The translations under genes and the position numbers were made by a program. Below, in pieces: positions 30,223-46,397 of a DNA stretch of 64,000 bases (within the stretch, counting starts at the first letter, position 1; each line of letters starts with the position of its first letter). The notes under the pieces are model-generated. The model was not told the origin of the DNA, ran no database searches, and saw nothing but the letters and a program-made list of their open reading frames with translations. The stretch spans positions 17,276 through 81,275 of the forward strand of contig JANMQY010000090.1 in the NCBI GenBank assembly GCA_031370785.1. The letters are read 5' to 3'. The DNA is from Candidatus Eiseniibacteriota bacterium (GTDB lineage Bacteria; Eisenbacteria; RBG-16-71-46).

Positions 30223-31155
30223 ATGACGAAGGTCGATCTCCACCGTCACCCCGCCGATGGCGCGACCCGTGCGCCCGCGGCCGACGAGAGCGCGCTGCCC
30301 GGACTCGTTCCGTGGCGTCGCGGCAAGGTGCGCTCGGTCTACGAAGCTGGCCCCACCCATCTGGTCATGGTGGCGAGCGACCGGCTGAGCGCGTACGACA
30401 GCGTGCTGCCCACTCCGATCCCCGACAAGGGCCGCATCCTCACCCAGCTTTCCACGTGGTGGATGAGAACTCTGAAGAGCGCATCGCCCCATCATCTGAT
30501 CTCGGACGACCCCGCGACCTACCCGAGCCCGTTTCGCGAGCACGCCGCGCGGCTCCAGGGTCGCAGCCAGTACGTCCGCCGCGCCGAGCGCGTCGACATC
30601 GAATGCGTGGTGCGGGGCTACCTGACCGGCTCGGGGTGGAAGGAGTATCAGAAGCACGGCGTGGTGTGCGGCATCCGCCTGCCCGCGGGACTGCGCGACG
30701 GCTCGCGGCTCGATCCCGCGATCTTCACCCCCGCGACCAAGGAGGATCAGGGCCACGATGAGAACATCTCGTTCGAGCGCATGATCGAGCTGGTGGGGAT
30801 GGAGAGGAGCGAAGCGCTGCGCGCGCGGAGTCTGGCGATCTATGAAGAGGCGCGCGCGATCGCCTGGGAGCGGGGACTGGTGCTCGCCGACACCAAGTTC
30901 GAGTTCGGGTACGTGGATGGCGCGCTGACCCTGATCGATGAAGTGCTCTCGCCCGACTCGTCTCGATACTGGGACCGGTCGGAGTACGAGGCCGGCAGGC
31001 TACTGTCGTTCGACAAACAGTACGTGCGCGACTGGCTCGATCGCAGCGGCTGGAATCACGAGCCGCCGGCGCCCGCGCTGCCCTCCGACGTCGTCGAGAA
31101 GACCCGCGAGCGCTACCAGGAGGCGCTCACCCGCCTGACCCGGACGCGCGCATGA
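30223..31155 (+). CDS. purC: SAICAR synthetase
   Basis: GKVR, SDRLSAYD, ECVVRGYLTGSG, FTPATK, ADTKFEFG, PDSSR, FDKQ. Confidence 0.97.
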   Translation: MTKVDLHRHPADGATRAPAADESALPGLVPWRRGKVRSVYEAGPTHLVMVASDRLSAYDSVLPTPIPDKGRILTQLSTWWMRTLKSASPHHLISDDPATYPSPFREHAARLQGRSQYVRRAERVDIECVVRGYLTGSGWKEYQKHGVVCGIRLPAGLRDGSRLDPAIFTPATKEDQGHDENISFERMIELVGMERSEALRARSLAIYEEARAIAWERGLVLADTKFEFGYVDGALTLIDEVLSPDSSRYWDRSEYEAGRLLSFDKQYVRDWLDRSGWNHEPPAPALPSDVVEKTRERYQEALTRLTRTRA

Positions 31156-32687
31156 CATGGCCGCGCGCCGCGCTGTTTTCGCTGAGCGACAAGGCCGGCG
31201 CGGCCGAGTTCGCGCGTGCGCTCGCCGCACGGGGCACGCGCATCATTGCTTCGGGCGGGACCGCGAAGCACCTTGCGGAGGCGGGCGTGAAGGTGACGCC
31301 GGTCGAGGAATGGACAGGATTCGGCGAGATGCTCGGCGGCCGCGTGAAGACGCTGCATCCGCACGTGCACGCGCCGATCCTCGCACGTCGCCGGGTTGCC
31401 GCCGACATGGAAGAGCTGAAACAGCGCAGGCTCGAGCCGATCGATCTGGTGGCGGTGACGCTCTACCCGTTCGAGTCGCGCGCGGCCTCGCTCGATGAGG
31501 CGGGCGCAGTGGAGGAGATCGACATCGGCGGCGTCGCGCTGCTGCGCGGCGCGGCCAAGAACTTCGTCGATGTGATCGTGATCCACGAACCGGCGCGCTA
31601 CGCCGAAGTGCTGGCGGCGCTCGAGAGCGCCGGCCCGACTCTGGAGCAGCGCCGCACATGGGCGATGTCCACTTTCGCCCGCACCGCGCGCTACGACGCC
31701 GCGATCGCCGCGGACCTGGGCCGGCGCGCCGCGGCCCGAGACGCTGCGCCGCCGGTGCACGTCGTCGCGCTCGAGCGCGTCCGGCCATTGCGCTACGGCG
31801 AGAACCCGCATCAGAAGGCGGCACTCTACGCCCGGGCCGGGGAAGCTGCGGCGCTCGAAGCCTGGAAGGAAGGGAAGGAGCTCTCGTACAACAATCTGCT
31901 CGACCTGGAGGCCGCGGTCCGGCTGGTCTCGGAGTTCGAAGGCCCGGCATGCGTGATCGTGAAACACTGCCAGCCGTGTGGCGCGGCAAGCGCCGCCACG
32001 CTCGGCGAGGCATACGCCGCGGCGCTGCGAACCGATGAGCTCTCGGCGTTCGGCGGGATCGTCGCGTTCAATCGGGCGCTCGACGGCGCGACCGCGACCG
32101 AAGTGGCGAAGCAGTTTGTGGAATGTGTCGCAGCACCCGAGCTCTCGAACGGGGCCGCCGCGGCTTTCGCGCACAAGAAGAACGTGCGCCTGGTACGGCT
32201 TGCCGTGGATGCACTTGCGTCGCCAGACCCCTGGTCGGTGCGGCACGTCGGCAAGTGGGCGCTGCTGCAGCGCGAGGACCCGGCTCCTCCGCCTGCGTGG
32301 CGCAGCGTGACGAAGCGGGCGCCAGGCGAAGATGAGCTGCGCGCGCTGCGCTTCGCATGGTCGGTGGTGGGCGCGGCGAGATCGAATGCGATCGCGATCG
32401 CGCGTGGCACGGCGCTGATCGGCCTCGGCTCGGGGCAGACCAGCCGGGTGGATGCGGTGGACGTCGCGCTGATGAAAGCGAAGCGCGCCGGATACGAGGT
32501 CAAAGGCGGGGCGCTCGCGAGTGACGGTTTCTTTCCGTTCGCCGACAATATCGAGCACGCCGCGGAAGCCGGCATCACCGCGATCGCGCAGCCGGGCGGC
32601 TCGATGCGCGACGCGGAAGTAGTCGAGGCCTGCGACCGGCACCGCATCGCGATGATGTTTACCGACCGAAGGGTGTTCAGGCACTGA
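31152..32687 (+). CDS. purH: Bifunctional AICAR transformylase/IMP cyclohydrolase
   Basis: GGRVKTLHP, IDIGG, LRYGENPHQ, LSYNN, SAFGG, ASDGFFPF, C-terminal RVFRH. Confidence 0.97.
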   Translation: MTWPRAALFSLSDKAGAAEFARALAARGTRIIASGGTAKHLAEAGVKVTPVEEWTGFGEMLGGRVKTLHPHVHAPILARRRVAADMEELKQRRLEPIDLVAVTLYPFESRAASLDEAGAVEEIDIGGVALLRGAAKNFVDVIVIHEPARYAEVLAALESAGPTLEQRRTWAMSTFARTARYDAAIAADLGRRAAARDAAPPVHVVALERVRPLRYGENPHQKAALYARAGEAAALEAWKEGKELSYNNLLDLEAAVRLVSEFEGPACVIVKHCQPCGAASAATLGEAYAAALRTDELSAFGGIVAFNRALDGATATEVAKQFVECVAAPELSNGAAAAFAHKKNVRLVRLAVDALASPDPWSVRHVGKWALLQREDPAPPPAWRSVTKRAPGEDELRALRFAWSVVGAARSNAIAIARGTALIGLGSGQTSRVDAVDVALMKAKRAGYEVKGGALASDGFFPFADNIEHAAEAGITAIAQPGGSMRDAEVVEACDRHRIAMMFTDRRVFRH

Positions 32688-32691
32688 GACC

Positions 32692-34230
32692 ATGCCCCGC
32701 GAACTCGTCCTCATCCTCGATTTTGGCTCGCAGTATACGCAGCTGATCGCGCGTCGCGTGCGCGAGCTCGGCGTGTACTCGGAGGTCGTTCCCGGCAATA
32801 CGCTGATCGACGAGATCCGCGCGAAGCGTCCGAGCGCGCTGATCCTCGGCGGCTCGCCGGCGTCGGGCTATCGCGCCGAGGCGCCCATGCCCGATCCCGC
32901 CATCTACGCCCTCGGGAAACCGCTGCTCGGGATCTGCTACGGCTTTCAGGCCACGCAGCAGCTCATGGGCGGAAAGGTGGCGAAGGCCGAGCGCGCGGAA
33001 TACGGAACCGCGACGTTCGTGCAGGACGGCCGCTCGCCGCTGTTCGCCGGAGTGCCGAAGCGGTTTCGTGCGTGGATGAGTCACGGCGACGAGGTGCAGG
33101 CGCTGGGGCCGGAATGGAAGAAGCGCGCGCACACTTCCAACAGCGCGTTCGCCGCGGCCCAGCACGTGAAGCTGCCCTTCTTCCTGATCCAGTTCCACGC
33201 CGAAGTCGAGCACTCGCCTTACGGCAGGAAGGTTTTGCACAACTTCCTCTTCAGGATTGCCCGCCTCAAGGGCGGCTGGAGCATGAAGAGCTTCCTCAGG
33301 CGAGCGCTCGCCGACATCCGCGCCCAGGTGGGCGAAGGACGCATCCTGTGCGGGCTTTCCGGCGGGGTCGACAGCACCGTGGTCGCGACACTGTGTCACC
33401 GCGCGGTTGGGACACGCCTTTACTGCGTGCTGGTCGACCACGGCCTCTTGAGGGAGGGCGAGGCCGAGCAGGTGGCGCTCGAGCTGGGCGCGAAGCGCCG
33501 TCTCAACGTCACCGTGGTCAATGCGCGCGAACGATTTCTTTCCAGGCTCGCGGGTGTCGTCGACCCGGAACAGAAACGCAGGATCATTGGCGCCGAATTC
33601 ATCGCGGTGTTCGAGGAAGAGGCGAAGAAGATCGGTGCGGTCGAGTTCCTCGCGCAGGGCACGCTCTATCCCGACGTGATCGAGAGCGCATCGGCGGGCT
33701 GGGGCGCGCAGGTGATCAAGACCCATCACAACGTCGGCGGCCTGCCCGAGCGCATGAACCTGAAGCTGGTCGAGCCGCTGCGCTGGCTGTTCAAGGACGA
33801 AGTGCGCGAGCTCGGGCGCGAGCTGGGCTTGCCGGATCACCTCGTGGACCGACATCCGTTTCCGGGGCCGGGGCTCGCGGTTCGCACGCTGGGTGCGGTC
33901 GAGCCGCGCGACCTCGAGATCCTGCGCAAGGCCGACGCGATCTTCATCGAGGAGTTGCGCCGCGCGAAATGGTACGGCCGCACCTGGCAGGCGTTCGCGG
34001 TGCTGCTGCCGATTCAGACGGTCGGGGTCAAGGGCGACGAGCGCTCCTACGAAAAAGTGATCGCGCTGCGTGCGGTCAACAGCTCGGACGGCATGACCGC
34101 GGACTGGACGCGCCTGCCGGCTTCGGTGCTGGCGCGCGCGGCGAGCCGCATCGCGAATGAAGTGCGCGGCGTCAATCGCGTGGTGTACGACTGCACCAGC
34201 AAGCCGCCGGCGACCATCGAGTGGGAGTGA
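32692..34230 (+). CDS. guaA: GMP synthase (glutamine-hydrolysing)
   Basis: LDFGSQYTQ, GICYG, SGGVDS, IKTHHNVGG, KPPATIEWE. Confidence 0.98.
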   Translation: MPRELVLILDFGSQYTQLIARRVRELGVYSEVVPGNTLIDEIRAKRPSALILGGSPASGYRAEAPMPDPAIYALGKPLLGICYGFQATQQLMGGKVAKAERAEYGTATFVQDGRSPLFAGVPKRFRAWMSHGDEVQALGPEWKKRAHTSNSAFAAAQHVKLPFFLIQFHAEVEHSPYGRKVLHNFLFRIARLKGGWSMKSFLRRALADIRAQVGEGRILCGLSGGVDSTVVATLCHRAVGTRLYCVLVDHGLLREGEAEQVALELGAKRRLNVTVVNARERFLSRLAGVVDPEQKRRIIGAEFIAVFEEEAKKIGAVEFLAQGTLYPDVIESASAGWGAQVIKTHHNVGGLPERMNLKLVEPLRWLFKDEVRELGRELGLPDHLVDRHPFPGPGLAVRTLGAVEPRDLEILRKADAIFIEELRRAKWYGRTWQAFAVLLPIQTVGVKGDERSYEKVIALRAVNSSDGMTADWTRLPASVLARAASRIANEVRGVNRVVYDCTSKPPATIEWE

Positions 34231-34235
34231 GCGGG

Positions 34236-36431
34236 ATGCGCATTCACGCGTGGCTTCTGGCGATTGCGCTGGCGCTCGCGTCGGCCTCGTGTGGCGGTAC
34301 CGCGAAGCGCGGGCCGGCCCCGCTCGACGCCGCTCGGGACAGCGTGAGGCTGCGCGCGATCGCCGACAGCATCCAGACACGCGGGCGCGCCTCGCTTGCT
34401 GCGCGGCGCTTCGTCACCCGGCTCGGTGCCCCGCGCGCCGACCGCGGAACCGACCATCTGTTCTGGACGCCCGAGACGCTCGAGGTCGCGCCGCGCCTTC
34501 GCGCTTGGGCGATCGCGCTCGGGCCCTCGGCGACTCCGAGCGATCAGGACAGCGCGAGAGCCTGGCGCGCACTGGTGGCGGATCCGGCGCTGCGCCCGTT
34601 CGCGCTGCTGCGCTTCGCAGCCTCGGCGCTCGCGGCGCGCGACACGATCACCGCCGACTCGCTGTGGGGCGTACTCGCCTCGGAGGATGGGATCTGGACG
34701 TGGGAGGCGCTGCGCGCGCGCAGCAATCTCGGGCTGGCGCGCGGGGACACCGCGCGCGCCGACAGCCTGCTGCGCGACGCCGACCGCGAGTCGTGGCCCG
34801 ACGTCGAGCGCGCGGCGTGGCTGATCCGGCGCACGGTGCTGCTCACCACGCTCGGCGACACCGCCGAGGCCGCGACGTTCGCGCGCCAGGCGCTGCGCCG
34901 CTATCCGGCGATCTCGGTCACGGTGCAGGCCACCAGCGCGCTCGAGCGCATCGCCGCGGCGCGCGGGGACTCGCTCGATCCTGAGGATCAGCGCCTGGCG
35001 GCCGAGGTCGACTACTACCGCCTCGATCGCGCGTCTGCGATGCGGCGTCTGGCGCGCGCCTTCGCCGAGTGGCGTGGCGCGGATCGCTGGCGCGTGGCGC
35101 TGCGCCTCGGCGAGGTCGCGCGGCTCGCGAAGCGTTTCCCGGATGCGCTGGCCGCGCTCGACAGCGCGCGGCGCGTCGCGCCCGACGCCGAGGCGCGCGC
35201 GCGCTGTGCGCTCGAGCGCGGGCGCGTGCTGCGCGACTCGGGCGATCCGGAGGCTTCATTCCGGGCTTACGCGCTGGCCGCGACCCTGGCGACCGATCCG
35301 GACACGCGCGAGTCGGCGGTGTGGGAGAGGGCGCGCGAGGAGGAGGAGCAGCAGCGCTGGAAACCCGCGCGAACGCATTACGCGCAGGTAATCTCGTTCG
35401 GGCAACGTCGCGCCGACGAAGCCGCGCTGCGACTCGGCGTGCTCTGGTACCGGGAGGGCCGGCGGGAGCGCGCGCTTGCGAGCTGGACGCTCGGCGATTC
35501 CGAGGCGCTGCGCTTCTGGCGTGCGATCGCGCGACGCGCGGCGCGCCCCGACTCGACCAGCGCCGCGCTCGAGTCGATCGCGGCCCTGCCCGGCTACGGC
35601 TTCTATCGTGCGTCGGCGCGCGAGTCGCTCGGAATCCACGCCGCCGCGGCGCTGCCCGATTCCGTCGCGCCGGCCACCATCGATTCGACGACTCCGGCCG
35701 CGTTGCGCCTGGCGGCGGATCTGGTCAGCGCCGGCCTCATCGACGGCGCGCTCTCGCTTCTCCAGCGCTTCACGGCCGGCGATCGACGGCTGGCGGGCCC
35801 GGTGCCGCCGCGGCGCGATGCGCTGCTCATCGCCTCGCGGCTCGCGTACCAGTGCGGCGCGATTCCGACCGGCATTCGTCTCGCGGAGCGCGCGCTCGGC
35901 ATCGCCGGCCCGGACGTCGCGGTCGCGAGACGAATCGTCCCGTGGCTCTATCCGCCCGGAATCGAGTCGATCACGGACTCGCCAGCCGACTCGTTCGCGA
36001 AGGAGGTCGAGCCCGCGCTTCTGGAAGCGGTGGCGTGGAAGGAGAGCAAGTTCGATACGACCGCGCGCTCGAGAAGCGGCGCGCGCGGAGTGGTGCAGCT
36101 GATGCCGGCGACCGCGGCGACGCTCGCGCGGCGCCTCGGGCTCGCGGTGCCGGGCGACAGCTCGCTCGGAGATCCGCGCCTCGGGCTCCGGCTCGGCGCC
36201 GCCGAGCTCGCGCTTCAGATCGCGCGCTTCAACGGAAGCGTGCCGCTCGCGCTCGCCGCGTACAACGCCGGCCCCGACGCCGCGGCGCGCTGGGGCGATG
36301 CGGCGAAGGGCGTTGGCGATGCGCTGACCTGCGAGCTGATCGCCTACCCGGAGACGCAGGATTACGTGAAGGTCATCGTCGGCCTGCGCCAGGCGTACCG
36401 CGATTTCCGGCCGAGACTGGGGCCTGAGTAG
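34236..36431 (+). CDS. Slt-like lytic transglycosylase with TPR-like scaffold, probable lipoprotein
   Basis: Lipobox-like ASASC, helical repeats, WKESKF, GARGVVQLMP, AAYNAG, YPETQDYV. Confidence 0.85.
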   Translation: MRIHAWLLAIALALASASCGGTAKRGPAPLDAARDSVRLRAIADSIQTRGRASLAARRFVTRLGAPRADRGTDHLFWTPETLEVAPRLRAWAIALGPSATPSDQDSARAWRALVADPALRPFALLRFAASALAARDTITADSLWGVLASEDGIWTWEALRARSNLGLARGDTARADSLLRDADRESWPDVERAAWLIRRTVLLTTLGDTAEAATFARQALRRYPAISVTVQATSALERIAAARGDSLDPEDQRLAAEVDYYRLDRASAMRRLARAFAEWRGADRWRVALRLGEVARLAKRFPDALAALDSARRVAPDAEARARCALERGRVLRDSGDPEASFRAYALAATLATDPDTRESAVWERAREEEEQQRWKPARTHYAQVISFGQRRADEAALRLGVLWYREGRRERALASWTLGDSEALRFWRAIARRAARPDSTSAALESIAALPGYGFYRASARESLGIHAAAALPDSVAPATIDSTTPAALRLAADLVSAGLIDGALSLLQRFTAGDRRLAGPVPPRRDALLIASRLAYQCGAIPTGIRLAERALGIAGPDVAVARRIVPWLYPPGIESITDSPADSFAKEVEPALLEAVAWKESKFDTTARSRSGARGVVQLMPATAATLARRLGLAVPGDSSLGDPRLGLRLGAAELALQIARFNGSVPLALAAYNAGPDAAARWGDAAKGVGDALTCELIAYPETQDYVKVIVGLRQAYRDFRPRLGPE

Positions 36432-36497
36432 GATGCGGACACGCCTCCCGACCAGTCCGCGCTCCCTGCCGGCCCCCGCCCCCTATAAGATGTAGAC

Positions 36498-37151
36498 GTG
36501 CCCGCCACCAGCCCCTCGCCTCCGGACCCGCTCAAGCCGCTTCGCTCGCGAAGCTGGCTCACCGAGGCGCGCCGCAAGGCGATCCACCTCTCGTTCATCA
36601 TCCTTCCACTGGAGCTGCTGTTCGAGACCCTGCCGTGGCCGCGTGGCAAGAGCCAGTGGAGACTGGCGCTGATCGTGGCCTGCGTTGGGGCGATCACGCT
36701 CGACCTGCTGCGCATCCACGAACGGAAGGTGAAGCAGTTCTTCAAGACCTTCTTCGGCGGTCTGATCCGCGAGCACGAACACTTCGGCCTGCTCGGCTCG
36801 ACCTACCTGTTGATCGCCGCCCTGCTCGCGGTCGAGATCTTTCCGCGCGAGGTCGCGGCCGCAGCAATCGGGTTCACCGTGCTCGGAGATGCGTTCGCGG
36901 CCATGGTCGGCAAGGCGTGGGGGCGGACCCCGTTCTTTCGCAAGTCACTGGAAGGCACCGCGGGCGGACTGGTGGCGTGCCTGGCGTGGGCGGCGGCGCT
37001 GGCGCTCGAGGGGCGACTGCCCTGGCACGTCGCGATCGCCGGAGCTCTTGTCGCAAGTCTGGTCGAGCTCCTGCCGATACCACTGGACGACAACCTCGGC
37101 ATGACGCTGATCGCCGGGTACACCATGAAGCTCCTGATCGCACCCTCATGA
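36498..37151 (+). CDS. Phytol/dolichol kinase-like membrane protein (CTP-dependent isoprenoid/DAG kinase family)
   Basis: RKAIH, GDAFAAMVG, KSLEG, LDDNL. Confidence 0.82.
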   Translation: MPATSPSPPDPLKPLRSRSWLTEARRKAIHLSFIILPLELLFETLPWPRGKSQWRLALIVACVGAITLDLLRIHERKVKQFFKTFFGGLIREHEHFGLLGSTYLLIAALLAVEIFPREVAAAAIGFTVLGDAFAAMVGKAWGRTPFFRKSLEGTAGGLVACLAWAAALALEGRLPWHVAIAGALVASLVELLPIPLDDNLGMTLIAGYTMKLLIAPS

Positions 37152-38071
37152 GCCCACGACCGATCGAACCCGAGACACCCGACCTCGAACCCGCCCTCAG
37201 CCTGTCGCGCGACGGCCGACATGCCGAGGCGCTCGACTGGCTGAGCACGCGCGCCCGCGATGCCCGCGATAGCAGTCGCTGGGTCGGCGCCGCGGTGCAG
37301 GCCTACGCGCGCGTCGCGCGTTCCGCCGCGACCGCCGGGGACGCCGAGACCGCCGAGCGCGCGCTGCGCGAGGCGCTCCGCCTCAAGCCCGGCTACGCCG
37401 ATCTGCACCTGCAGCTCGCGACCGTGCTGCTCGCGCGGCAGCGCCGTCCCGATGCGCGCCGTGCGCTGGAAGCGGCGCTCAGGATCCATCCGCGCTATCT
37501 GGCGGCGCGCGTCGAGATGGCATTGCTGGATGCAAGCGAAGGGCGCATCGGCGAGGCGCTCGCCTCGCTGCATGACGTGGAGCGCGACTCCAAGATCGAC
37601 GAGCCGCTCGCCTTCCAGCAGGGAATCAAGAGCCTCGAGCGTGCCGACTGGGATGGCGCGGGCACGCTGTTCCGCCGCGCGCTGCGCGGCTCCGATCCGG
37701 AGCTCGATCGGGCACTCGATCGGTTCCGCGTGCTGCTCGCCGATGGCGCGATCGAGCGCGCCGCCCAGGTGCTCCGCGAGATCCTGCCCCAGTACCAGAG
37801 CTACCCCGACCTGCACGCCATGCTCGGGGCGGCCGAATTGCGCCTGGGGCACGCCGACGACGCCCTGGCCTCGCTCGCTCGCGCTCTCGAGCTCAATCCG
37901 GACTATCACGACGCGCGCCTTCATTTCGCGCGCGCTCTCGATGCGCTCGGCTCCCGCGGCCAGGCCAGCGAGCAGGTTCAGCTGGTTCTGCAGCGCGATC
38001 CCGAGCACGGCGCGGCGCGCGAGCTGCTCGAACACTGGTCCGCGCGGGGGCGGAGCGCGGCGAGCCGCTGA
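37148..38071 (+). CDS. Tetratricopeptide repeat protein
   Basis: Repeated ALxLxPxYxD(A/L) TPR motifs; ATGA overlap. Confidence 0.85.
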   Translation: MSPRPIEPETPDLEPALSLSRDGRHAEALDWLSTRARDARDSSRWVGAAVQAYARVARSAATAGDAETAERALREALRLKPGYADLHLQLATVLLARQRRPDARRALEAALRIHPRYLAARVEMALLDASEGRIGEALASLHDVERDSKIDEPLAFQQGIKSLERADWDGAGTLFRRALRGSDPELDRALDRFRVLLADGAIERAAQVLREILPQYQSYPDLHAMLGAAELRLGHADDALASLARALELNPDYHDARLHFARALDALGSRGQASEQVQLVLQRDPEHGAARELLEHWSARGRSAASR

Positions 38072-38176
38072 ATCCCGGAGCGTATTGGCTCTTGACCGCG
38101 GGCGCGCATCGTTTCACTCTGTGGTCGTTCTCGGGCGCGATTGAAAACCCTAGGCCAATACCAGGGAGGACCATTC

Positions 38177-38377
38177 ATGGCGATTGGCACCGTCAAGTGG
38201 TTCAATGATCATCGCGGATACGGATTCATCACGGCGGAGGGCACGGAGGTGTTCGTGCATCACTCCGCGATCGAAGGCCACGGCTTTCGCACTCTTCATG
38301 AAGGTGAACAAGTAGAGTTCGAGCTGAAGACGAGCGAGCGAGGGGCCGAGGCCGCCCACGTCACCCGTATTTCTTGA
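38177..38377 (+). CDS. cspA: Cold-shock protein
   Basis: GTVKWFN, GYGFI, VFVHHSAI, GFRTL; GGAGG RBS. Confidence 0.93.
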   Translation: MAIGTVKWFNDHRGYGFITAEGTEVFVHHSAIEGHGFRTLHEGEQVEFELKTSERGAEAAHVTRIS

Positions 38378-38397
38378 GTTCCAGTCGCCCGAGACCT

Positions 38398-38432
38398 CGC
38401 GGCCCGATGCTTCGCATCGGGCCGCGTCGTTT
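38398..38432 (+). terminator. Terminator hairpin after csp
   Basis: 13-bp stem CGCGGCCCGATGC/GCATCGGGCCGCG followed by TCGTTT. Confidence 0.75.
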
Positions 38433-38534
38433 GGCATCTGATAGGTCGCTGCCGGTCCGCCCCACCCGGAGTGAACCCTTCCCGCGGCGCCCCGCCGAAC
38501 CCCTGCGCTTGACACAACCTCTATCCTGAGGCCC

Positions 38535-41497
<2,963 letters not shown>

Positions 41498-41501
<4 letters not shown>

Positions 41502-41957
41502 ACGAGAGGCGAACCGACGACGCGGTGGGCCGGATCCTGCGGCTGTTTGCCGAACGGCTCGAGAGCTATCTGGACGGTGACGAGCTGGCATTCGAGACGC
41601 TGGGCGAGTGCATCGAGGAAGGCCAGTTCAGCGCGGACGACGTGCAGAGCGCTCTGTGGGTGCTGCGCGGACTCGGCAACGAGGTGGCCGGCGGCGGCGA
41701 GGCAGCGGTCGAGAATGTGCCGGGCAAGTACGCCCAGCGCGTGCTCAGCGCCGAGGAGCGAGAATCGGTGAGTCCCGAAGCCTGGGGCTACCTCATCGAT
41801 CTGAACCGCCGCGGCGCGCTCAACTCGGAGCAGTACGAGCGGGTTCTGGACCTGCTGGTCGGCAGCGGCGTGCGTCCGGTGGACGTCGACCTGGCGCGTG
41901 AAGTGGCCTCGCGTGTGGCCCTCGAAGGCAACGAATCGGACCGCGGAGAGATCGTGC

Positions 41958-41983
<26 letters not shown>
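41498..41983 (+). CDS. smg: DUF494/Smg family protein
   Basis: [25 protein letters not shown]-terminal IH; lies upstream of topA. Confidence 0.75.
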
Positions 41984-44454
<2,471 letters not shown>

Positions 44455-44462
<8 letters not shown>

Positions 44463-45345
44463 CGCGCTCGATCGCTTCCTGAGCGAGTTCGCGGCCCAGC
44501 GCCGTGGCTCGCCGCATACGATCTCTGCGTACCGCCGTGACGTGACCCGCGTACTCGACGTGTGCGCGGGAACGGGCAACCCGGTCGCACCGGAAGAATG
44601 GACGCGCGAAGTTCTCGAACGTGCGCTGCGCGACCTGTATCGCACCGGCCACAGTGCCGCGAGCGCCGCCCGTGCCCTCGCCGCGTGGCGCAGCTTCTCG
44701 AAATTCTGCGTACGCCGCGGCGTGCTGAGCGTGGATCCCGCGCGCACCCTCGCGTTTCCGCGCCTGCCGCGCCGGCTTCCGCGCACGCTGCCGGTCCACG
44801 ATCTCGAGAAGGCGCTCGATGAGTTGGCCAGATCTGGCGTGGGCCCGGGCGCACCGCGCGATCGCGCGCTGCTCGAGGTGGCGTATTCGTCCGGGCTGCG
44901 CGTCAGCGAGCTGACCGGGCTCAATCGCGGCGATGTGGATCGTGGCGCTCGCCTGCTGCGCGTGCGCGGCAAGGGCCGCCGCGAGCGCATCGTGCCGATC
45001 GGAGTCTCGGCGCTCGGGGCGCTCGACGCCTACCTCGCCTCGGACCGGCGGACCGCGGGGCGCGGCGATGAGCCGGTGTTCCTCGGAGCGCGAGGCGTCC
45101 GGCTCTCGAACCGCACCGTGCAGCGCGTGGTGCGCCTGCGCCTCGGCCAGGTGGCGGCCGGGCTCGGGGTCACGCCGCATGCGCTGCGCCATTCGTTCGC
45201 CAGCCATCTGCTCGATCGCGGCGCGGACCTGCGCGCCATCCAGGAGCTGCTCGGCCATCGCTCGCTGACCAGCACGCAGGTGTACACGCACGTCTCGACC
45301 GCGCGCCTGCGCAAGGCCTACCAGCAGGCGCATCCGCGCGCGTGA
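44455..45345 (+). CDS. xerC: Tyrosine recombinase XerC
   Basis: YSSGLRVSEL, GKG, HALRHSFASHLL, QELLGH, TQVY; follows topA. Confidence 0.88.
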
Positions 45346-46397
45346 ACTCCCGGCGCCGCTTCGCTCTCGTCGCTATGAGCGCGCTCGCCGCGCTCGTGTC
45401 GGCAGGCTGCGCCAAGCGCGAGCCGCCCTCCGGGGGACCGCCCGACCTCGAGCCTCCGCGGGTCATTTCCTCGTTCCCGGATTCGGGCGCGGCCGGCGTG
45501 CCGCGCGATGCCCACTTGTCGCTGACGTTCAGCGAAGGCATGGAGCCGCGCTCCACCGGAGATGCGGTGGCGCTCGCCCCGCGGGTCGAGATCCGGCAGC
45601 GCCGCTGGAGCGGTCGAACGCTCACCGTGGTGCTGGCGGAGCCACTCAAGGTGCCGCAGACCTACACTCTCTTCCTCGGCTCGGGCGCGACCGACCGCCA
45701 CGGCAATCGCATCGAGAACGGGCGCACCCTGGTGTTCAGCACCGCCGACAGTTTTCCGCGCGGGGTGATCGCGGGTGAGGTCGAGGCGCGGGGCTTCACC
45801 GCCGGCGGCATCTACCTGTGGTGCTATTCGGGCGAGCGAAAGCCCGATTCGACCGCGCGCGATTTCGACGCGCTCGGCGTGACCGATGTCAACGGCCACT
45901 TCCGGGTGGCCGGGCTTCCGGTGCCCGCGCGCTATCGGGTGTGGGCGTTCGCGGATCTCAATTACAACCGCTCGTTCGAGCCGCTGATCGACGTGCTCGC
46001 ACCGGTCGACACGGTGTTCGATCTGACCGAGGCGCATCCGCAGGCGAGCAGCATTCACGTGGTCGTGGTCAATCCGCGCGCGCCTGGGAGGGTCCGGGGC
46101 GCTGTGCTAGACTCGCTCGCGGACACTCTCGGCGTGGTGCGCGTCACCGCAGCGGCTCGATCCGACAGCACTCGCACGCTGCTGTTCGACGTCGACTCAG
46201 GCCGCCTGTTCGACCTGCTCCTCGCGCCCGGAACCTGGCGGATTCGCGCATTCCGCGACCTCGACAAGAGCCGGAGCTGGCAGAGCGCACTCGAGCCGGC
46301 GAGCGACATGCTCGAGGTGGTCGTGCCGCCGGCCGGCGACGTCGTCGGCGTGAAGCTGATGCTGAAACGCCCGCCGGGGCGAGCGGAGCATCCATGA
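45342..46397 (+). CDS. Lipoprotein with bacterial Ig-like (Big_5) domain
   Basis: Lipobox SAGC, PPSGGPPDLEPP, LTFSE, DRHGN, AFxDL(N/D) repeats. Confidence 0.75.
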   Translation: MNSRRRFALVAMSALAALVSAGCAKREPPSGGPPDLEPPRVISSFPDSGAAGVPRDAHLSLTFSEGMEPRSTGDAVALAPRVEIRQRRWSGRTLTVVLAEPLKVPQTYTLFLGSGATDRHGNRIENGRTLVFSTADSFPRGVIAGEVEARGFTAGGIYLWCYSGERKPDSTARDFDALGVTDVNGHFRVAGLPVPARYRVWAFADLNYNRSFEPLIDVLAPVDTVFDLTEAHPQASSIHVVVVNPRAPGRVRGAVLDSLADTLGVVRVTAAARSDSTRTLLFDVDSGRLFDLLLAPGTWRIRAFRDLDKSRSWQSALEPASDMLEVVVPPAGDVVGVKLMLKRPPGRAEHP

